A stretch of DNA of 64,000 nucleotides from a virus (Duplodnaviria > Caudoviricetes): positions 1 to 64,000 of IMG/VR virus record IMGVR_UViG_3300021255_001778; one strand, written 5' to 3'. The translations under genes were made by a program, and so were the position numbers. Shown here in pieces: positions 54,104-60,604 of this stretch (the stretch's first letter is position 1; each line of letters starts with the position of its first letter). Below the pieces are notes generated by a model. The model worked only from the letters and a program-made list of their open reading frames with translations. It was not told the origin of the DNA and did no database searches.

Positions 54104-55187
54104 CGATATATCCTTTCACGCTTAAATAGTTGTCGTAATATGTTCCATCAAGTATTTCATACTCATATCCGAAATAATCGTACAGTCGCATAAGTGTCTC
54201 GAAAAACTCGCATCTGATATCATAATCTCCGTCCGGCATGTATCTCTCTCCGTCATCAACTATCCCGTTATCATGAGGAGCAAGCAAAAAGATCTTGTCC
54301 CATTTGGTAGTCTTTCTATATTTTTCAGCCATCTCGAAAAGGAAATCATAATCTGAATCATTTATGGAAAAGTCTTCCCGTTGTGCGTAATAATATGCGT
54401 ACATGAGTGTCACCATATTGTCAGTATCAGATATAAATATTCCAGGATTCTGCGGATTAGTGATTAGTTCTTCGTTATATTTATGCTGTTCATAAATGTT
54501 ATATATGAAGTCTTTCACCGTAAATTCTGGATCAGTTTTCAGACTGCAATTATCTCTCCCTTTTTCATATGAATATGGCAGACCGTAATACTTTCCTATA
54601 TCTTTAACTAACGTCGTCTTTCCTTCTGATGCTGTTCCGGCAATCAAAATATTGTGACTAAAATATGCTCTGAACGGAGTCGTGATAATGTCCCAGTATT
54701 TTAAAGGATTTTCTCTGCATTGCGTACCAGAAACAGGGTTATATGTTCTATCTCGAATCTCTACACGACATGAGAAGTCACAATATTTTTCTAAGCACTC
54801 CTTATAAAAAGGCTCTCCTACATAAAACGTAACTACATCGTCTTGCTTTATGTTTGTTTTTGTCTGCAATGCGTGTGTCCATACCTTCCAATTATCTGGA
54901 CACATGGACTCGTCTAATCCAAGTTCTGTGTCGTTGATATAGGTCACTTTCACTAACTCGTCTTCGAGATAATTTTTCACGATTCTATACTTTTTCATTA
55001 GAGATAATCCTTCTGGCTGTCCTCTTGGATCGCCGTCATATCCGCATACGACCACATGCGTAAGATCGTTCTTCTTTTTTGACTCCATTATTAAATCAAG
55101 ATGGCCTCTATGCAGTGGGCAATATCCGCCAAAACATATTCCAATATTCATAACTATTCTTTCCTCACTATTCCGATTAAACGACAT
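54075..55187 (-). CDS. nadR: NadR-like NMN adenylyltransferase / ribosylnicotinamide kinase
   Basis: FGGYCPLHRGH (HxGH), VSGT-x-x-R, GTASEGKTTL Walker A, DTD. Confidence 0.9.
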   Translation of the reverse strand: MSFNRNSEERIVMNIGICFGGYCPLHRGHLDLIMESKKKNDLTHVVVCGYDGDPRGQPEGLSLMKKYRIVKNYLEDELVKVTYINDTELGLDESMCPDNWKVWTHALQTKTNIKQDDVVTFYVGEPFYKECLEKYCDFSCRVEIRDRTYNPVSGTQCRENPLKYWDIITTPFRAYFSHNILIAGTASEGKTTLVKDIGKYYGLPYSYEKGRDNCSLKTDPEFTVKDFIYNIYEQHKYNEELITNPQNPGIFISDTDNMVTLMYAYYYAQREDFSINDSDYDFLFEMAEKYRKTTKWDKIFLLAPHDNGIVDDGERYMPDGDYDIRCEFFETLMRLYDYFGYEYEILDGTYYDNYLSVKGYIDDIYRKAKG

Positions 55188-55734
55188 CGATTAAGCACGA
55201 CTTCATTACTTCGAGCGCCGCCTTGTGCTTTTCTGGCGTTGTTCCGGCGCAACAGTCCTTGATAACTCTGATAGTTGACTTTGGAAAAATACTTCTTGCA
55301 ACCAACGCGTTACTTATGACACATATATCTGTACAAAGTCCGACGAAATCGAATTCTATCTCTTCATCCTTCGTACCGGTGTACTCAGTCTGGTCAAAGT
55401 AACTTAAAAGATCGATTCTTAAGAACAGTTCTGTAGCGGCAAATGACTCTTTCTCTATGACAAAAGAGCTAGATACGCATTTTGCTATAGAATTACATAT
55501 TCTTTCTCCGTCTGTACCTTTCGCGCAGTGTATAGGTATATACCTACTTTCAACTAGCTTCTGATAAGCACTCTCAGTATGACTATCTTTTGTTGCCCAG
55601 ATAAAGTCATATTCGTCTACATATCTATCTAAGTATTGGCATATGTTATTTACTGCTGCTACAGCCTCATCCGTACCTAATACTCCGTCTATAAAATCAT
55701 TCTGTGCATCGACAATAATCAGATGCTTTTTCAT
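55177..55734 (-). CDS. pncA: Nicotinamidase/isochorismatase
   Basis: VDAQNDF, D-x-H, HC, EK, GLCTDICV. Confidence 0.85.
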   Translation of the reverse strand: MKKHLIIVDAQNDFIDGVLGTDEAVAAVNNICQYLDRYVDEYDFIWATKDSHTESAYQKLVESRYIPIHCAKGTDGERICNSIAKCVSSSFVIEKESFAATELFLRIDLLSYFDQTEYTGTKDEEIEFDFVGLCTDICVISNALVARSIFPKSTIRVIKDCCAGTTPEKHKAALEVMKSCLIDVV

Positions 55735-56127
55735 ATTACGTAACTCCTATTTAACCGACGCTCTTCTTCTTTTCTGATCTTATACAGTTCAATCTCCTGA
55801 TTCGGGATGCATACATCGTATCCGCCACCAATTTTTGTCGGTTTAAAAAATCTTGTGAAATACTTGTACTTCTTTACAGGAATCATATCTAACCACTTGG
55901 GTCTGCTATTATCTTCGTCCATAGTCTTGCTCCTATTCTGGATCAATCACTTCTTCGAGTGGGCAAAAAGCACTTCTTCTGCTTGTAGTCGGCAACTCAA
56001 CTGGTGGTGTACCATATGTCGCTACACATCTACTAAAATCCTCGTCGTATGAAAGCAATCCGTATACCCTAAACGGACATTCATGACACGACAACGGCAT
56101 TTCCATATCACAAATAACTACGCTCAT
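55731..56127 (-). CDS. Two small hypothetical proteins (55731-55946, 55933-56127)
   Basis: Track ORFs; the second has MPLSCHECPF...CPL. Confidence 0.55.
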
Positions 56128-56266
56128 GTCTTCTCTCCGTATTCTGCCATCAATTCATCAAGCACACCGTCTATAATTGCGATACAATTTCTCACGCCCT
56201 GGTTATATGCTTTATACTCAGATAATTCCATTAATAGTAGTCGCTCCATACGGTTTTTGATCTCTA

Positions 56267-56929
56267 TCAAGGTTCCCATGCCATATCTCCTGTGCGCTCA
56301 AAATCTCTACATTTTATCTTTGTCATGATTGGCTTACCACTTTTGTCGAACAACATCGTTTTAGGTCTTGCAACAACTCCCTCCATCTCGTAATCTCTAA
56401 GTCTAGATTTTGGATGCTCTCTTACATATTCGACAGCCTTCCGCAAGCTTCCCTGGCCAACAATCGGCACTACGTCGATATCAAACGTCTTCGCTATATC
56501 TTCTACATTCTCACGATCAAGCCAATAACCATTCACAACAACGTCAAACAGTATGAAATTCGTGTCTCCGTACAAATCTCCGTGTTTTTGGATCTTTCCA
56601 CCGTATCCTTCGCCGTATAAAACTGTGATTTTATCACCAAAAATGCGCTCAAAAACCTCTTCTCGAGCCTCTCCGCCGAACATTTCGTCCAATTTTTGTT
56701 GTAAATCTTGCGGAATTTGTGTTTTTTCTGTGCGTCCCATGAAGCTCACTCGGTATCCATCCCATAAAATTCTTATATTGGTTCCGTCGACCTTCTCACT
56801 CCAAACCCATTCGGCGTTACAGAGATAATCAATCTCAGGAGTGGATGCTTCGCCCTCAATCAACTTGTTCTTATTCGGCCCGTCCGTATACCTCTTAAAG
56901 ATATTCGGTATTTTTACATATTCGTTCAT
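56267..56929 (-). CDS. RNA ligase (Rnl2-like nucleotidyltransferase)
   Basis: EKVDGTN (motif I KxDG), LYGE, FILFDV, EGVV, KIK. Confidence 0.85.
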   Translation of the reverse strand: MNEYVKIPNIFKRYTDGPNKNKLIEGEASTPEIDYLCNAEWVWSEKVDGTNIRILWDGYRVSFMGRTEKTQIPQDLQQKLDEMFGGEAREEVFERIFGDKITVLYGEGYGGKIQKHGDLYGDTNFILFDVVVNGYWLDRENVEDIAKTFDIDVVPIVGQGSLRKAVEYVREHPKSRLRDYEMEGVVARPKTMLFDKSGKPIMTKIKCRDFERTGDMAWEP

Positions 56930-57084
56930 GTCATTACCCTCGTACCAATCAGTAATGCAATCATTAGCATTGCAAAAATTAATATGTATAGATCAATCTC
57001 GTCCTTGCCATTAGTAAACACACAAAGTTCAATCACCGTTATAATTGCCAGCCAGAACAATAAAGCCCAAAACATAACCACCAT
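56926..57084 (-). CDS. 52-aa two-TM membrane protein
   Basis: Own translation MVVMFWALLFWLAII...; stop overlaps the ligase ATG. Confidence 0.6.
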   Translation of the reverse strand: MVVMFWALLFWLAIITVIELCVFTNGKDEIDLYILIFAMLMIALLIGTRVMT

Positions 57085-57105
57085 CCTTCCTTTTCACATT
57101 GATTA

Positions 57106-57251
57106 AGGCACGGGCGAGGATTTGAACCTCGCATGGAAAACCGCCCGTCCTTCATGGCTTAGTTGTTATGCACTTATTTGATGGCATAGTTCCTGGTTTC
57201 ATGAAAGCATTTCCTTACGGCGTAAGCGTCTACCCATTTCGCCACCGCGCC
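57106..57251 (-). ncRNA. 146-nt tRNA-like RNA (acceptor stem, D arm, T arm; mini anticodon hairpin; 80-nt variable arm)
   Basis: GGCGCGG/CCGUGCC acceptor; U8, Leu-type D loop AAAUGGGUAGA; GCGAGG-UUCAAAU-CCUCGC T arm; no encoded CCA. Confidence 0.8.
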
Positions 57252-57255
57252 ATAT

Positions 57256-57273
57256 TGCCATATAAATGTATTG
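57256..57273 (+). promoter_or_regulatory. 18-bp operator-like motif, copy 6 (4 nt upstream of the tRNA-like RNA)
   Basis: Exact copy. Confidence 0.8.
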
Positions 57274-57283
57274 ATTGATTTTT

Positions 57284-57305
57284 CAAAAGCCTGCCTAAGC
57301 AGGCT
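57284..57305 (-). terminator. Terminator of the mazF / dead-recombinase transcript
   Basis: AGCCTGC-TTAG-GCAGGCT then TTT on the - strand. Confidence 0.7.
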
Positions 57306-57310
57306 ATGAT

Positions 57311-58315
57311 TCATATTATTGTAAGCTTCCAGTTCTCGTAGTCCTTCTTGTAGTCATTCACTCTCCGCAAGAATGTGTTCCTATCTTGAACTGTTATACT
57401 CGGGTCATCTTCTTTGTAGTTCAAGTGTCTGTCATGATATTCACCCTGTGCTTTTATCCTCAGAAACATGTTTGCAAGTCCTTCGAAGTTCTTATCTGTC
57501 AGATATCCGGCAATTTCAAGCTCTCTAAGTCTGTAAAACGCACCAGACAACCATACTCTGTAGTAACTCAGGTTCAGATCCGTCTTGCCTTCGGCTATTG
57601 CAGCCTTTATCTTTCTGGATATATTCGATCTAAATACTGAAAGGTCTGGATCGCTAGAACCTCTTACTCCTCTAAAAATGCAATCTCCTGGGACTCTATC
57701 TCTCGTTATCCATCCCTTGTTTATGTACTTAGAGTTGATGTATAAGAAGCTCTTAGCTTCTACGCACTGCCTTACTGTATTAATTCCTTCCTTATATAAA
57801 ATGCCTTGCCAAGTCTTCGCCTTTATAATCATTCGATCAAAATCAATATCATTGCTTGTAAGATATATAACATCTTCTTCTCTACACCCACCATATGCCA
57901 TCCAGAAGAAACATTTTATCGGATCAAATGTCGTTCCATCTTCTTCAATAAACACGTCATCGAGGAATTTCTTCAAATGTAACGGACTCTTCACCGTGCG
58001 AGTTCTCATTTGTTCTACAGCCGGACTCGTGACGTTCAATCCATCAAGACAAGTCCCGTCTACATTTTTTGAAGCACACCACTTAATATAAGAACGAATA
58101 GTTACAATGTCGTTCTCACTACTTCTTGCTCTTGTACCAGTAGTAGCGTTATTGAGTACAGCCTGTATCTTCTCTGCACTCATTGTACAAACATCTTTTC
58201 CTTCTTCCTTCTCTATCTTCTGGAAAAGATTGAATGTTTTTCTTCTTGCGGCTCGCGCAGCCTCAGTGTTAGTGGTTTCGACCAAAAAGCGTTCCTTTAA
58301 TTCCGCGTTATACAT
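57311..58315 (-). CDS. Tyrosine-recombinase-fold protein lacking box II catalytic residues; candidate MrpR/YopR-like repressor
   Basis: Box I MAYGGCREEDV retained; H-x-x-R replaced by LSYYRVWLSG. Confidence 0.6.
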   Translation of the reverse strand: MYNAELKERFLVETTNTEAARAARRKTFNLFQKIEKEEGKDVCTMSAEKIQAVLNNATTGTRARSSENDIVTIRSYIKWCASKNVDGTCLDGLNVTSPAVEQMRTRTVKSPLHLKKFLDDVFIEEDGTTFDPIKCFFWMAYGGCREEDVIYLTSNDIDFDRMIIKAKTWQGILYKEGINTVRQCVEAKSFLYINSKYINKGWITRDRVPGDCIFRGVRGSSDPDLSVFRSNISRKIKAAIAEGKTDLNLSYYRVWLSGAFYRLRELEIAGYLTDKNFEGLANMFLRIKAQGEYHDRHLNYKEDDPSITVQDRNTFLRRVNDYKKDYENWKLTII

Positions 58316-58346
58316 TGTTTACCCTCCTAAGATTATATGTATAACG

Positions 58347-58772
58347 CTACACTAATGTAGCGTTTAAGTAGGAAGCTTTTTGCCAAACCATCAGCAAGGT
58401 TTCCTGATCGATATACGATATAGCCGACGTTGCAAGCAGATTAGCCACCGCTATCTTAGACATATATTCGTCTGGCATCTTCGTGAGATAATTTCCTATA
58501 CGCTCTTTGGACATTCTTTCAGGATTTTCACATAATACCATGCTATCCTTTTTTAGTCCTGTGTCTTTTGATGATACAAAAACATGAGTAGGAAGATTTT
58601 TCTTTTTCACAGAAGATGTTAGTGGCAGAGCGATTATGTTAGGGCTATATTTATTGCCAACATTGTTCTGAAAAACCAGCCCAGGACGCCATCCACTCTG
58701 TTCGCTGCCATGCCCGTCGAATCGCATCAAATAGACCTCACCGATCCTGATACTTCTAGCCGCGCGAGTCAT
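58347..58772 (-). CDS. mazF: PemK/MazF-family endoribonuclease
   Basis: GEVY...GSEQSGWRP...QNNVGN...PLTS...LPTHV...DSMVL, closely following EndoA/MazF motifs. Confidence 0.9.
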   Translation of the reverse strand: MTRAARSIRIGEVYLMRFDGHGSEQSGWRPGLVFQNNVGNKYSPNIIALPLTSSVKKKNLPTHVFVSSKDTGLKKDSMVLCENPERMSKERIGNYLTKMPDEYMSKIAVANLLATSAISYIDQETLLMVWQKASYLNATLV

Positions 58773-58800
58773 GAGAGCACCTCTTTTCTCTGCTATATGT

Positions 58801-58844
58801 ATAATAACACGTCAGAGAACAGATGTCAATACACTTTTATGGCA
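58801..58844 (-). promoter_or_regulatory. SigmaA promoter of mazF (TTGACA-N17-TATTAT, extended TG) with operator copy 7
   Basis: -35 at 58824-58829, -10 at 58801-58806; motif variant TGCCATAAAAGTGTATTG (2 mismatches) at 58827-58844. Confidence 0.8.
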
Positions 58845-58846
58845 AA

Positions 58847-59182
58847 TTATTTCTTATCTACAATAAGATAAAACCTGTTTTCACCATTTTTAGTACTTTC
58901 GTCCCTGCATATTATCATAGCAGAATTTGTGATACCCCCCTCACCCTCTTCAAACTCGATTCTGATGACATTGGTGAAAGATATATACGTTTCCTTGTAC
59001 TTTGACGTAAAATAAATTGTATCAGGACATGGAAAAGCGGCTACATTCGCAAACCTCATAGAAGCACTGCAATTTCCAACCCCAGTAAACTTCTCAACTT
59101 GATCGCAGAGATTGAAAATAAACTGATTGTATTTATTTTCCTTGCAAAACCTCTCGAACTCAAGAACTGTCAACTTTATCAT
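58847..59182 (-). CDS. Hypothetical protein downstream of the structured leader
   Basis: Start set to ATG 59182 after GGAGGT. Confidence 0.7.
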   Translation of the reverse strand: MIKLTVLEFERFCKENKYNQFIFNLCDQVEKFTGVGNCSASMRFANVAAFPCPDTIYFTSKYKETYISFTNVIRIEFEEGEGGITNSAMIICRDESTKNGENRFYLIVDKK

Positions 59183-59350
59183 GTCATACCTCCAATTGCA
59201 TTTTGATTGGCGGTATGGTACACTAATCAAGAGCGAATTAGTGGGAAAATGGTTCGCTCTGGCTGTATATCAGCCGCCAATCTGTACCTTACGTCTGCCA
59301 AACCTTGGTACGGATTGTTACTTTTTGCCGGAGACCCTTGCGGGTCTCCT
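59183..59350 (-). ncRNA. Structured ~168-nt leader RNA with an H-type pseudoknot
   Basis: 8-bp GCAA hairpin (59330-59349), 5-bp stem, 9-bp closing helix, 8-bp stem + 6-bp pseudoknot. Confidence 0.65.
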
Positions 59351-59356
59351 TTTAAA

Positions 59357-59385
59357 ATGATAGCACATCAGCTTTTAAAAAGCAA
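59357..59385 (-). promoter_or_regulatory. SigmaA promoter TTGCTT-N17-TATCAT (extended TG)
   Basis: Predicted +1 (~59350) coincides with the first hairpin base. Confidence 0.7.
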
Positions 59386-59398
59386 ACACGTGTTCGGG

Positions 59399-60350
59399 TC
59401 ACTCAATAGCTTCTCTTAGCATACCGATCGCCTCATTTATCATAGACACCGCATCTTCAAGATAGTCAACGCACTCTTCCATCTTGGAATACCTGTCAGA
59501 ACTCTCGAGATTTTCCGGCATATTTCCAAGAGCATCACTCTCTTCGTCATATACATCACTTACAATATCATAGGCGTTTTCTAATTCTGATATCGCAATG
59601 TTAAGGCGATTTCTTCTCTTGTTATTCATGATATCCACACTCCATCAAACCGCATTTCCATTCTGATCGCAGGTGGGTTTTCTTTTGATGCGGATATCGT
59701 TATATCATTTGCTCCACGCAAAAATGTGTACACTGGATCGTTTTCTTTAAACTCACACATGTCGAACTCGACACCTATGATAATTTCTTTTGTGTCTATA
59801 TCAACGTCTACATCGATACCATATGAATTATCGCATCTGCCTGACAACAATTCATCTATCCCGTCACATATTCTATGGATATTATCCATACGTCCTGGAG
59901 AAAACCTCCATCCATCTTCGATTTCCTTTGTTGCCTGATTAATAACAATTTCTGCCACATCATAACATTTTATCAATCTTCCACCACCTTTCTCGAAGTC
60001 CCGTAGTATGTTACATTGAACGAGATATCACCATTTCTGACAGGAACTATCTCAGCCACATCTGCGTGCTTTAGTAACTCGCATAACACTGTCGGATTTT
60101 TGATGTGTATTTCCTTGCCAGACATTAGAATATCTGCACTTCCGATAAATGGTTCATCAACTCTTTCTTTGATGTCATCACAATCAATTATGCGTGAAAA
60201 TACACTTAGAGCAGTTCTGACCTCATACATTCTGTCTTTATCCTGTATAAATGTTCCCACCATGTCTTTCCGAATGTCTTCTTTTAGGTCTTGCAAGACT
60301 TCTTCGAAATCACTGTCCATGTAGTCACCGTCCTTTCTTGTCCATATCAT
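59399..60350 (-). CDS. Three acidic hypothetical proteins (59399-59638, 59626-59976, 59973-60350)
   Basis: Coupled track ORFs. Confidence 0.65.
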
Positions 60351-60543
60351 TCAGAATGAGATCTATAGCCCTATTTATTAAGGAATTAACACTCTCTCCG
60401 TTGGATGCTGCCACCTCTTTTAATACGTCTTTCTTTCCTTTGCTTGTCAGTACGAGAATCCGGTCGTATTTCGTTTCGTACGATTTATCGTTCCATTTTT
60501 TATTTGCCCTTTTCTTTGCTTCGCTCATAGACATAATGATCAT
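60325..60543 (-). CDS. Arc/RHH-type small DNA-binding protein
   Basis: SEAKKRANKKW...YDRI...KG-x-K...A...GESVN-x-x-I-x-x-AI. Confidence 0.75.
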   Translation of the reverse strand: MIIMSMSEAKKRANKKWNDKSYETKYDRILVLTSKGKKDVLKEVAASNGESVNSLINRAIDLILNDMDKKGR

Positions 60544-60604
60544 CCCGCCTACATTCTTATTATTCTATAAAAAATATGTAGAAGCAACCTCTTGTGCAGT
60601 CTTT

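Noticed and set aside
57106-57251. Ordinary tRNA (Leu or Gly) or a tRNA with a removable intron
   Set aside because: No 5-bp stem with 7-nt anticodon loop can be formed, and I found no excision that restores one
59184-59201. 5-aa upstream ORF (MQLEV) overlapping the RBS of the 58847-59182 gene
   Set aside because: No RBS of its own and expected by chance; not supportable without ribosome profiling
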